DNA of 64,000 nt from Chara braunii (GCA_003427395.1 BFEA01000017.1:2903565-2967564), one strand, 5' to 3'. Positions 37,137 through 50,662 are shown, counted from the first letter of the stretch. A program made the numbers and translations. The notes: generated by a model not told the origin, from the letters alone.

Positions 37137-37555
37137 ATATAGGCCCAGCCCAATCATCACACAGCGAGAGCGATAGCAGGGAACGGGGTCAGGCTCTGGC
37201 CAATGCGGTAATAGACCTGCGGACAATCCTACTCAGCCACCACTGAAGATTCACAATCACAAGAACATTCTGCTACCACGGAAGACTTAGGGGCTTGTTA
37301 GACACTCCTCGGGGCGTGCTCGGGGCCCGAGTAGTTTTCCTTCGGGGCGTCCGAGATTTTTCCCGCCGTCGTTCCACTTAGCCTAGCGATGGACGCCCGA
37401 GGAGGATTCCTATAGAGGTCCCGCGGCCAGTCGTCCTCCTGTTAATAATCTTATCGGTGACCTCTGGGTAGGGTGGGGTCGGTGGTCCATGGGCGGTTGT
37501 TCGCTGGTGCGGTCGTGGTCCAACTTCGATTGGCGGCAACAATCTGAATCTTCGC
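37137..37555 (-). mobile_element. Inverted spacer plus 3' part of a third PIF/Harbinger copy
   Basis: Reverse complement of ~21690-22124; TTA at 37287-89, then TIR ggggcttgttagacactcctcgggg. Confidence 0.85.
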
Positions 37556-37639
37556 AGGTGTTTTGGACAAAAAATAAGGACTTCAATTTCTCGATTTTTA
37601 AAAAAAATGTAAGTTTTAACGAAATGTCAGTTACTAAAC

Positions 37640-38410
37640 CAAACATGAAACCACATCGTCTAGCCCTGCTAAGTGTTTGATATCCAAGTTGTATTACTTC
37701 TTTAATCCTTCAATCTTTGAAAACTTAGACTGAGTCAAACCAAACACATTGCTCAGTTCATCTTTGGTTACATTCTTTATATTCTTAATTAGGTACTATC
37801 TTCCTTTTTGTGACAAGCTAGAGTCAAACCAAATCGAAGCCACACTGTCTGACTAGCTCTGTTTAATAATCAAAGTAAAATATATTTAAATAAAAAGTCA
37901 TATTTTCAGGTTTTGATTTTTGCGTGCGACCTTAAACTAAGCCAAACCGTAACCACGTTGCTTAGTCATCAGTCCAAACCTCCCTAAGAAAAAAAAACAA
38001 GTTGTTGGGTCTGATCGAAGTCACATCACCTAACTCTTAAGCCCTTGCATCAGGCCGATTACCACAAGAACAACAACTAGACCTGACCGAAGCCACATTA
38101 TCTGGTTGGGGTAAGAAACAGAATGACATAGCATATTCAGCTAGGCCAAACCGAAGTCACATTGCCAAGATGGACTGATAACAACTTACAAAGGTATGGC
38201 AATCAGACCTGACCAAAACCACATTGTTTGATTGCCAAGAAGGCGAACAATACATCAACCAAACCTAACCGAAGCCACGTTGTTTGGCTGCAAAAAAAAT
38301 TGAATCAATAAGTATTGCAACAATTACACCTGGCCGAAGCGATATTCTCTAGTTGTGGAGGAAACAAAATAAACAAAGCAGTCAGGTCAAACCGAAGCCA
38401 TATTGCATGA
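37640..38410. repeat. Degenerate array of ~11 copies of a ~20-bp motif (acctgaccgaagccacattg) at 55-110-bp spacing
   Basis: Motif variants near 37650, 37740, 37835, 37948, 38013, 38083, 38148, 38210, 38266, 38331 and 38390. Confidence 0.65.
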
Positions 38411-38540
38411 CCCTTTGGGCACCCAATCAATGCAAACAAAATCCTCGCACCTTCCTCCAATTCGTCTCCTTCAGTTTGAATTTCAGGCAGCAAAGTAGAT
38501 GAATCATTTTAGAAATGCATTCTCTTTACTTTCTCTGAAG

Positions 38541-38899
38541 CTACGTAGCATCATATTCACATTGGGAGGCGAACGTGAACATGTTCACCCAAACGCGAAC
38601 AAATGCCCAAAAACCTCCGAACGCGAACATAAAAATATTTAAAAAAAAAAAACATTCTCATAAAAATCTGAAAAAAACTATATGTTATGTAAAATAACAA
38701 AATATGCAACTTTTGCCTTGGAGTCATGTTCAAATTTGTAGCCAATCATGAGTTAAAAAATCAAAAACCAAAAAAATAATTAATTATTTATTATTTACGA
38801 TTATGTTCGCCTGAACATGTTCGCGAGCTGTTCGTGCGAACAAGCGAACCTGTTTGCGCGAACGTGAAGGGACGCGAACACGTTCGCCGTGCTACGCAG
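38541..38899. mobile_element. MITE with 8-bp TSD
   Basis: TIR ctacgtagca / tgctacgcag; TSD ctctgaag / ctctgaat; cgcgaac/gttcgc subterminal repeats. Confidence 0.8.
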
Positions 38900-39536
38900 C
38901 TCTGAATTAAGTTTTTAATAAAACAGAATCTATAAGGATGCACACATACAGAGCAATCAGCGTAGAGAGATGTACTGATAGGGAATTAGCGGGTTCACAC
39001 AAGGCAGAAAATGTTAAACCTGATTCTTGTGTGTCCGAAAATTGATTCAACGTGGGTTCCACGTTGAAAAATTCAACGTCGTTGAAACGACGTTAAATCC
39101 CCGTTAAAAAGTTTGTTAGACGGGTTACAATGGGGTTCGTGAACATTTTTTGCAGCCAGAAATAGTAAAAATAAAAAATAAAAAATATGAAGTTGTAAAT
39201 TTTTCTGAGGTCTACAACCTCATTTTTTTTTTTTTTTTTAAGCTCGGACTATATTTTTTAAAAATAAAAAACATAAATACAATCGAAAAAAAAACAACAA
39301 AAAATGAAAGGAGTGTTTTTTTTTTTTGTATCACAAAGATGGTTTTATGGCTAAAAAAAACAGAAAAAAAAACAAATATAGGGTTATAGATCTTTCAAAG
39401 ATGCACACCAATATTTTTTTATTATTGTTTTTTACTTTCATGTATTTGTTGTAAAAAAAAAAACATAAAAACAATTAAAAAGAAGGAAAAACAAAAATCA
39501 TGCATACACACACAAACACACAACACACAAACATAT

Positions 39537-39601
<65 letters not shown>

Positions 39602-42600
39602 AACAATCACGCACACACACACACACATACTTCTGGGCAGGTCCGTGGACCACAAGATGGGGCGGCAGCAAGATAGGGCGAGCGGAGGAAGAAGTATTTT
39701 GGGCTGATAGTGGTTTAGAGGGCTTCCGAGTAGGTTTGGGGACTTGTAGAGGGGGTCAAATTTTTTATTTTTTTCTGGTCTTAGTATTTGAGTGTGTAGG
39801 GCCACGTGTCTGAGGCCCAACGCCCCAATCCTTTTTTCCAGATTCAACGTGAGACCCCCGTTTTCTCGTTAAACGAGATTCAACGGGGGCTTCGGTGGCT
39901 ATTCAACGGGTACAACAACATTTAATTCCGTCCATTGTCCGTTGTTAGGATACACGGCCTGATTGTTCCCTACCTCCAGAACTTCTCTTGAGTATCGGCA
40001 GAGCTCCCACAATCGGTGGGTGAACCTCCCACAAGGTTTTGGTGAGGTTTTGTGGGTTGCAATCCCACTTGCGACCTTCCCCTCGTAACCAACAGATTAG
40101 ACTTGGAGTTAGAAGGGCAGAGGGAGGGATTCCAGACTCTCGAGATACAAGAAAGGGCCAACTCAACTCGCGTGAGAGGGCCTTGGTATCTTTATGCGCT
40201 TGAGGGTCCCACAATGATGGTAGAAAATTGCAGCAAAATGGCCAAACTGAAGCCGAAACGCAGAGCAACTGCCCCTATCAAACCTCCAAGTCACGACAGT
40301 GACCCTCTTGCGAAGCCCGACCACTCCTCTAGTCAAAGATGGTCGTGCAACTCCAATCCTTAAACGCCGAATACACACACGAGGAAGGTAGTATAGCCTT
40401 GGAATCAGCGAGTACGGCTCGATCACGACAGCGACTTCGCTTCTCCAATCGCCAAATGTGCAAAATGAATTTGAATCTTCCACCATAATATGGGAAGATG
40501 TGTCGTGCTATCACGGCAAGGTACGTGTTGTTCACCCACTTGTTTTGTCGCTCCCTCATACTTATGTTTACCCCATTCCTCATCTCTCACTCTCTTCCGT
40601 CAATTTGTCTGTATCTCACTACTAAAGTTATCTCTTCCTTTACTTCATTCTCCTCTAATTCAATCACATGTTTGCCCGCGCACACTGCCTCATCCTTGCT
40701 CTGCGCTTCTGTATTCTCCTTGATTCGTTGTCCTGGACTTCAACGTATGAATGTCCCTCGCGACCATCGTGGCGGGTACATGCAGATTGGGAGCACAGAA
40801 CCGAGGGGTCGCCTCTGATTTGTCTAGGCAAAGTGCAAACTGAGAGATAATTTTCCATCAGAATAAGGAAAAGGTGCATCGCCAGCAGAGCGCCCTCCCG
40901 CTGGGCTCGCAGCTACGTTCCATGGGCAACATGTCTCAGAATCCGAACCCAGTCGAGCCCGAAGCTGCTACCACTCTGCTACCACACTCCACCGCGATTA
41001 TGATCACTATGGCCAAGACGAGGGGCCCGACCAGACGAGTAGGAGCTCAATGATGATCAAAGAAAAAATACGATTGCGCGGATGGCCGACGAAGAAACCC
41101 GGCAAGCATAAACAATCAACGACAATTTTTGGACGACGGTCACGAACACAAGCACGGAGTCCGCTCCAATCGCTTACTGGGCGTGCAAAATCTGAATGAA
41201 ACTTTTACTGGAGCATGGGTGGGTACCTTGCTATCCCCTTACACAACTCTTACAACCCATACCTCTCAAATTACCGTTCCAAATCAAAATCCGCCAGCAC
41301 CATTCGACTCGCCATGTATCAAATCCTAAATGTCACTTCTTCCCTTCGCCAAATCCATCGAAAATTTGGCGCTCTTGACCATTTTTCATCCTTACTCTTA
41401 CTGCGCCCGCTTCACCTCGTCCTCATCATCTTCGTCCACTGTCCCTGTGCACCCGGCCGACCTCCCGGCCAAGTCCGTACGATCCTAGTGGCTCGGTGAG
41501 AACTGGTAGCTACGTGCGGGAAGAGGATCGTTGACGGCGTGATGGCGACCGTTGCGAGAATAACAACCAGCAGGAGACTGATAACATATTTGAAGATGAT
41601 GACCGGTTTGGCGACGAAGTGACGAGCACTCCGATAAACTGGCACAATGACAAAGAACCTGATCATTAACGTGACTACGAACGCCGACTAACTAGCACAG
41701 TCACAATTATGTTGACGACCAGCACGATCCCCGTGATGATGCACGATGCTACCGCCCTATTCTTCTCATAAAACAAAAACGAACCTTCCCCAAAAACATG
41801 GTAAGATATATAATCTTACCTCGAGTATTCCCTATTACCACCGCGCAGCCCCTAANNNNNNNNNNNNNNNNNNNNNNNNNNNNNNNNNNNNNNNNNNNNN
41901 NNNNNNNNNNNNNNNNNNNNNNNNNNNNNNNNNNNNNNNNNNNNNNNNNNNNNNNNNNNNNNNNNNNNNNTCTAATATCACTATCTTCTCATAAAACAAA
42001 AACGAACCTTCCCCAAAAACATGGTAAGATATATAATCTTACCTCGAGTATTCCCTATTACCACCACGCAACCCCTAACGCCCGCACCACAAAAACTAAC
42101 CGCTTACTACCAACTCTAATATCACTATTGCACTCGTGATGACCAAGAACCCCGATTTTGCCTCTTCCTTCGTCCAATTCCATCGAGGAATGAACGAGAT
42201 TTAACTTCTTTGCTCCCCTTTTACCCTTCGTCGTCGCCTGATTCCATGCTAGTTCGAATGCAACACGCTTACCCCTGCTTGCATTGATCGAGGTCCAATT
42301 GAAAAGGCAACCTGATTGCTCTCGTGCGATGATATATACTGCCCCACATGATCAAGCCTGCAAACTACTCTGTAAGGAACTTGCCCCTTCTTATTCGTCG
42401 GGTTCAAAACAAGACAATACGCTATATGTTTATCATTCGTGCGCAAAGGCCGTGCTAATTATCTTTGTATCATTCCAGTTTTAACGGGTGTCCCATAACA
42501 TGAACAACGGCCCCACAATGAGACTGCACAAAATTTGATCCAAGAACGGATATGTATTACAACAGTTCAGTAGTGTATCAACTGAGTTAGGCCCATTGGT

Positions 42601-43753
42601 CCAAACACCGGTCCCGAAAACAATACTGATACTGGTCCCCAAAATAGGACCTTAAAAAAAAAACAGGACAAAAAAGAATAAATAAATAATAATAACACAA
42701 AAGAGGGATTCGAAAATCGAAGGGGAGGGGACCGTCGGCACCCCTTTATACCACCAGTCGGTCTCAACTATCGGGGCAATTGTCAAAAATCGAGGGGGAT
42801 AGTCCAACCAGACCCTCAACCCTTCGATTCCTTCAACTGCTTCGCTGCTCTATCGTCGCTGGTTGTTGGCCTTGCTCCCCATACCTCCAAATTGAAAGTC
42901 CGACACCATAACCTTTAGCGCTAAGACCAAAGCTGGTACTAGCACTAACGGAAACCCATATAACGGGTTCCACATGCTGCATGGTCATACAGAAACACCC
43001 CAAGGTAAAACGACTTGGCCTACAGGTCGGGTTCCCGACCAGCAACGCAGACGCCTTTATCGTGTGGACGTTGAGACTTTACCTATGGTCGCGTATGCAC
43101 TCGGTTGAATATAATTTTTTTAATTCCAATCACCATCTTTAATCAAAATTAAAAATTTTAATCACGAGTACCAATCCGTGGCTCACTAGAAATCTACCTC
43201 GCGCCTTAAACTCACGCGTTCACTCACGCTCTTATCCCATCTCGTGCGCCCCCGTCATTCCGGCTATAGGGAGTCGGTCGTGGATGACTTCGACAAATGA
43301 GTGACTACCTTACGTACCATCTCAGGTGCCCCTAGTACAAAGTGCAAAAACACGTACGAATATCCTTGTAAGGGTATCCACTCCGACAGCGGAGCCTTTC
43401 ATGTTCCACCAGCTCATCCTCCTCCACTTTGAGCTCCACTTGCGCCTCCCCCCCTGGTCACCCACTTCCTTTTCCCACCATCCAAACACGTCGGATCACA
43501 ATGGTCGATTATCGATAGAGAGGAAATGGGTGAAACGAGGGCAGAGAGGAGATGAGAAAAACGAGCGAGGAAAAATACAACAGTCGGGAAGAGCAATAGC
43601 AAGGAAGAAGGTAGATGAAAAGTGAAAAATAGCCAGAGCGATCAGGAACGGAGAGGAAATTGCAGTCGAACCTTGGTATGCCAACTCTCTGACCGCTTCG
43701 TCGGTCACTCTTTGTCCCCTCGCGACTCAATAGCTGGAATATGTCGCCCGTCG

Positions 43754-43803
<50 letters not shown>

Positions 43804-44245
43804 CAACCAAGGGAGGAATCTAGCAATGTCACGCTGACGCCATGCTAGCAGAGGTTGCATACGCACTACTGTCAAAAACATTCGCGAATCCACATCATCG
43901 CCACGGACGCGCATCAAAGCCCAATTTTTTTCCCTCTCCTCTCTGACCGCATTCTCCGACCAGATGTATTTCATCTTGCAATCATCGATGTATCGCTTCC
44001 CGACTGTTTTTCCAGGCCTCCCCCCTTTTTCTTTTTGGTTGCGGTCCCTCATGTCCCCTAGGTGACGCCCCCCACCACGATATTCCTTAGGCCCGCGGGG
44101 AGCGTGACGCGAGGCCCGATTTTACTTTTAATAGGAATAGGAATAACTATGGAATGATGTGTAAAAGAGAACTTTCCAGCACAAGTTATGTCCTCCTCTC
44201 TTTCAAGTTGTCAATGATGAAAGAGGTGACTTCGACAAACTTCAA

Positions 44246-44314
<69 letters not shown>

Positions 44315-44557
44315 GTCCGGTAGGCTCGTGACTCGGACCTACCTAACTAGTACCTAGCCTTAAGCCTACCAGACGTCTAAAATACTACCCCGCCTCCTAA
44401 GGGTACTACCTTTTTGTCCTATCTGCTTACCTACCCACTATTACTTGTTTGTGGCCTCCACGGGACTGACATAACCTACTTACCTGTTGCAACATACAAC
44501 AATACAGTAACTTAGGAAACAACATATTTCTCAATGTCAATTTTGCAGGTCATTACA

Positions 44558-47500
44558 TCACCGCCCTCTTAAGCCACCACTACCTTTGCCCATGTCGGGC
44601 CACCGTCAGATCCCCGATTTTTTAGGAGGCTGAAATGAAACGACAATCGCTGATGAGATTTATCAACGACAATCGTCGTCGGGGCCGACCTGCGATTTTT
44701 TTGTAGTAGTGAAAAATTGCTAGATTTTTCATTTTCCCAATAGTGGGCGAGGTAGTAGTGAAGTAAGAGCGAGGTCCCTTTGAGCGACTAAACTTAGCAC
44801 TCCGTGAAAAATGCATCATAGGCAGGGAATGTAAAGAGGGTTGTCATCTGTTCATGGGGGGTAAGATGCTCATGACATTCATATTTTTTTAATACGCGAA
44901 GTGCAGTTAATCAGGACTTTGCGGGGGATTGATTAAATTTCATCAAGAGGATGATACAGGAAATGCACTTGATACATAATATCTCATCCTTTGTCGGTGT
45001 AAGTATCAATTTTGTCAAGTTGAACTTCGAATCCGCCATCAATAGTACGAGGGATCATAGAATAACGATTAGGAAGGGAAGTAGATGTAGTGTAAGGATA
45101 CAACAGAAATGCATAAACGTTGGGTACGTCCGCTGATGAGGAGGCACATCGACCACATAGGAAGAAGTGAAATTATAATCCCCTACAACCTTCACAATTT
45201 GTCAAGGGTCGTTATACATAGGGAGTAATTTACGAGACACTCCTTATTTGACAATCAGAGATCTTAACACATACATAATTTGATAAGGAAGGGAAGTAGC
45301 GCAATGTAAGGATACAACTTAAATGCATGAAACATTGAGTACGTTATGCGGAGGCACGTTGGCCACATAAGGAGGAGTGAAATTATCATCTCCTACGACC
45401 TTCACAATTTATCAAGGGTCATAGTACACAGGGATTAATTTACGAGACACTCCTTATTTGAAAATCATAGATTTTAACACATATATAATCTCCTTTTTAA
45501 AAATTATAGGTATGCATCGAGGATTGACGGATTTAATCATGTGATATTATGTCACTTGGTTATTGTTGCAATGACTTTGAGCAAGCTTTTGTACTTTACT
45601 CTGTAGCCAAGTATGCCAAGGGACAAACAAGCAAGACGGTAAGGAAAGAAGAAGTCTAACGGATTGCAAATCCGCGAATTGTACTACAACGCATTTTGAG
45701 TCATGTCGGTTACAGAGTGACAACCCCTTGACCGCATCCACGTCTGCATCCCAATGTTCTGATCAAGGATTATCAAAGCACATAACACTTGGGTGATAAT
45801 CTGGTTGATTTCTTCTGCTTGTTCGTTAGCTTCAGGATGAGGAATAAATGTCATGTTTAGTTTGATGCCATAGAGCTTGGTAGTGAAATCCTTTCAATTT
45901 TAAGTAATGAAACTGATACTCGGATCACTCGCAAGAGTTTTCGGGGGGTCATATTGAAGGTTGTAATTCTTATTACACTTATATATAATCGAATTAGTTG
46001 GTGCATGTGACTAATTCACCAGATGAGGAAGGTACAGACAATGACTTCACAAGACGGATGAGTGGTTGTTTATGAAATTTGTTCATTTGACACGCCACAT
46101 ATTTTTCCAAGTAATTTAGCACACACTCCTTCATACGAGGCCAGTCAAACTACTGCAACCAACTTTCATAAGTCCTTAGAAAGTCGAAGTGTCCACTCCT
46201 ACAATGTGTAATATCCAAAAAGTAAGTCTAGAGGGGCGTACGATTAACAACACACAATCTATTAAACCACTTGTACCTCTGCCAGTGTTAGGAAAATGAA
46301 CTTCTAAGAAGTCGGAGGTTTGGACCGACAACAACCGCCGTTGATAAATCTCATTAGTGTGACCGTCGTTTCGTTTCGGCCTCCTAAAAGATTGGAGGCC
46401 CACCCGAGGCCTCCCTATTTTCCCAACCAGAAAAGGCATTGGTGGTTTAAACTTCTATGCACACGAAACACACCCTCACACTTGTGTTTGTCATACTGAC
46501 TGCTATGATCAACCTTCATTTTCTTAAGGATCGGACCATATTCCGGATCCTTGGAGGTGTGCTCTACTAAGTCCTCCATCTTCTGTCGAAGGTTATAGAA
46601 CAGCAGAAGGCAAGTGATATACTCAGGATGGCGAGATAAAACATTTACACAAAACTATGATAATTTTTCTTATGCTTCAATTCAAAACTTTACGTTGCAT
46701 AACGTACACGTACGGGGTCTTTCCGTACGAAACATACAAGTAATATCTGTAGGGGATCTGTACGGGAACCTGTACGTCTTGTACGCCACCGTACGAAAAA
46801 GCAAAAAAAAAAAAAAAGTCTTCAAAAAAATTCGAAAGAAAACTATGTGATGCAAAAGCACAAAACAAGCAACATTTGGTTGAGCATTACTACAAATTCT
46901 TATTAGAATTCGANAANAAAAAAAAAAAATACACCCAAAAAAAAAAAAAAAAAAAAAAAAAAANCNCATACGATACCCCTAGCGTACGAGTACAAGAGTA
47001 CGAATCCGTACTCGTACGAGGGTGCGTACAAGTGGCAACGCAGTCAAAACTTATAGATCTCAATCCCATGCAACCAGTAAGACAAAGTCATAGACAAGTT
47101 AGTACGAAACTTAATCCATTGGAAGGTTTCGTGATAAAAATACACCTTGAAACAACGTCCAAGAAGGTAGTATTTTTAGTACTCTGATGCTTGTCTCAAG
47201 ATATAGAGTTCTCTCATTTACGTGGAGCTAGTTTTTTTTGGTATGCGTTTACTGAAATACTCTATCGGATGTAGATCGTCACCATAATAATGTTTCAACA
47301 CTGTGCCAATCTCATATTGACTCGTAATCGTAGTGACAACGAATGCGAGTTTGGGATCTGCACTGCGGAGCAGTAAATGACTCACCAAAACCTTCTTCAA
47401 AGACTCAAAGGCGGACTCATACGCACCATTTCACATGAAGGATGCATTCTTGCTTGTCGGCCGGGACAACGCGTGAGTGATAGTTAAAATTGAGGGACAA

Positions 47501-48900
47501 ACGTGCCATGATAAGACGCTAGACCAAGAAACGATCCAGATCACCCACATTATGAGGTTGAAATCAATTATGGATGATCTCAACCTTGGTGACCTTATGC
47601 TCAAGGCAACCGCTGCAAAAGGTTAACGACACTATCCTTTCCAAAGTCAGATTTCTCAAGGTTTACGTGCAGCGATATTTGTTTCAAAACCTCTAGAACT
47701 TATTTCAAATGTTCATCGTGTTCTTACATTTTTTTTACATAAAATCATAATATCATCCAAATAAACAACAACAAATTTATTATTATAACTATGAAAAACT
47801 CGGGTCGTGAGCTTGAAAGGTTTATCACACTTGCAAGAAAAAGAAAAAAAAAAAACCATCAAAAACACCATGCAAACAAAACACGGTATTTGCTTATATT
47901 CAATCAACTTCAAATAACACTATAATTACCCTTACAAAGTCGTTTGGATATATCATGAAAAAACTTACACTCAAATATAACAATTTTATCCATTGGACCC
48001 TTTGTGTTTTGTAACAACCAAGAGTAAGAAAACACCAAATTTGATAACTGAAAAAAAGGAGGGGGGGGAGGAAAGGCGAAAATTAGGAAATTTACATATA
48101 TGTTTTCAAAGCTTTTGAATTAGTTATTTATGGGTAAGTACAAAGTTTTCCACTAGTGCATTCATGAGAATGAAGAGAATGGCGATGAATTCGTACAACC
48201 TCCACTGCATGTTTCGAATGCGGTCTAGTCCATTGGATAAAGTTCAATCTAGTGACAACCAGATTTGAGATCGATCATGAAGAAAAACTTGCACCCACTT
48301 GCATCATCCAACAGGTCATCAATCCGGAGCAATGGATATGTGATAGGCTTTAAACCTCTGCATCGAGTGATAGGGTTTAAACCTCTACAATCAATGCACA
48401 CACAAACTTTCCCTCCCTTTTTGGGGACAAAGAGAATGTGCACCAAACTCGGGCTCACTTGGTCTAATCCCTACTCTATCAATTATATCATCGATCAACT
48501 TGCGCGGTTCTTGCATCTCGGCTGGTGCCATACGGTGCACACAACCTTTAGGTGGAACACTTCCCTCAATTAGCTCAATATTATGCTTAATTGGCCGGTT
48601 GGGAACTCTGCGCAGTTCAACCAAGACATCAAGGAACTGGGCCAAAAGATTGCGAATATTTGCTGGAATTTTAGATGAAAGAGTAGGAGAATCAAACGTA
48701 GATGGAGAAGAATTAGATGTTGTAGTAGTAGTAGAATTCAGAGTAACACCCATAAAAGAAGCAAAAGTGGATGGGAGATGAGCATGTTTTACAAAGGCTA
48801 TGTACATCTGTTCAGTCTTATCACACTTGAGCCACCTTTTGAAGAAATTGCATCGGGGCTTGCGTGTTTCATCCAAGAGGACAAAATGCTCTCGTCCCTC
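44558..48900 (-). mobile_element. Heavily degenerate Ty3/gypsy pol (RT, RNase H, integrase remnants)
   Basis: FVPKKGG..CIDCRGLN..YPLLRIDDLLD..IDLKSG, VVYLDDIMI and SQYEIGTVL..PIEYFSKR. Purine-rich tract aagagggcggtga precedes TGTAATGACC (LTR start, minus strand, at 44557); the LTR possibly ends at 43367. A ~215-bp tandem duplication lies at 45070-45490. Confidence 0.85.
46690..47043. mobile_element. MITE with perfect 8-bp TSD inserted in gypsy pol
   Basis: TSD tcaaaact at 46682-89 and 47044-51; ends ttacgttgc / gcaacgcag; cgtac subterminal repeats. Confidence 0.85.
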
Positions 48901-49319
48901 AACATCAAGGACAACCGATCGTGACTCCTTCCTAAGTGTCTCGTGGGAGTTCTAGCCGTTCTACCCAACCATCCTACCCTGTAGAATGGATTGCGGCAAA
49001 GACCAAATCGGGACCTAGACGCCCCTAAAAAAAAGAAAAAAAGCGGGAGTGTGGATGGTGAAAATTTGAAAAATGGCCTTAGCTGAAAAATCCCTTCTGA
49101 GGCAAAGGCCAAATGGTCCCCCAATGCCGCCAAAAAAAACAAAAAAAAGGGTGGGTGTTGCAAAACATTGCATAGCACATCCCCAGATTTTTGCTTTATG
49201 TTTTGCGCCTATTTTTGAAAAAAAAAAAAAAAACGTGAAAAAAGATTGATAATAGGGGGAGAACCCCTTGCTATGCAAAAACAAAAATTATGGGGGTCTG
49301 CCAAACATTCTAAAGCACA

Positions 49320-49480
49320 CCCTTTACTTTTTACCATGCATCACACCCTTTTTTACTTTTACCATGCATCACACCCTTTCTTACTTTTTACCATGCATCA
49401 CACCCTTTCCTTTTTACCATGCATCACACCCTTTACTTTTTACCATGCATCACATCCTTTTTCACTCTTTACCATGCATC
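49320..49480. repeat. ~25-bp minisatellite x6
   Basis: ttttaccatgcatcacaccct repeated. Confidence 0.9.
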
Positions 49481-50414
49481 TCAGTCATTGTAAAGCACAC
49501 CCTCAATGTGACTATGCCATCAGAGAGGTGCATAAGGCATATCTTATGTCGGAGGTCCACATCAAAGCCGTTCTCGTGGAGGGAGAGACCCAACTGGCTT
49601 TGACGTTGACTAACCCCAAAAAAGGGGGCGTTTTTGCCCCCTGTTCTCACGCTTTTTTCGAGCATTATTACACGCTTGTATGTCTGACATTATTAATTAT
49701 TAATTGAAGCCCACATGCATGTGCAGAGCAAGTGGCCATTGCTTGTCTCTCTTCTCCCAGCTTCTCCATTTTCTCCACCCCTCCACCATGGCCATGGCAC
49801 GATGCCCATGGTGATATGACAATGAGGAAGAGTGAAACGGGAAAGGTACACTTTCACCATCTTCCTTCAGTGTATTTCCCCATATCCATGGCGAGACTCA
49901 CCTTGTCCAACCTCTCCACCTTCTCCACCTCTTCCACGTTTTCCACCTTTTCCACGTTTTCCAGCTTCTTTTCCCCATTTCCACCTCCATTTTTCCACGT
50001 TATCCACTCATTGTCCAGTCTTTTTCCACGCTTTTGCCCCCAACTTTTGTACTGGTTGTGTAATTACAGTATTCACAACTCGATTGCTGATTAATTAAGT
50101 GAGGTGATTTGTTGATTGAATAATTAATTGACTTGGCAGTTCGATTGAAGGGAGGGGGGGTCGGATGGGGAAGCGGGGGTGGGGTGGGGGGGGAGAGGAG
50201 AGAGAGAGCACGAGAGGGCGGCCCGTTGTGCGTGATCGCGCCACGGCCCGCCCGATCGCCCCCCAGTCCCTGCTACGTGGACCTCTGCCCCGCTCATGCT
50301 CAGGTGCGCGCCGAGAGTAAGCACGCAGGTTGAAACGGAAGCGCCGGGATCTCAAACGCTCAAACGCCACGGACGGAAAAGTGAGGTGTTTCCGCCGCCT
50401 CTCTCTCTTTCTCG

Positions 50415-50662
50415 CTGGTGTGCAGGGCACTGCAGGGGTCCGTGAAGACGATTGTCTGTCTATCTCTCTCTCCTTATCGTTTTCCCTCTCTCCGTGAAGA
50501 CTATGGTCTATCTCTCTCCCTTTCTCTTTTTCCCTGTCTGTGTCCGTGAAGACGATGGTCTGTCTATCTATCTCTCCTTCTCTTTTTCCCCTTCTAGAGA
50601 GAGGGAAAAAGAGAAGGAGAGATAGATAGACAGACCATCCTCTTCACGGACCGCCTGCACAC

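Noticed and set aside
37640-38410. CRISPR array
   Set aside because: Repeats too degenerate, spacing irregular, no cas genes, eukaryotic context.
41755-42080. ~95-bp direct repeat
   Set aside because: Copies flank an N-gap; likely contig overlap or a collapsed tandem repeat.
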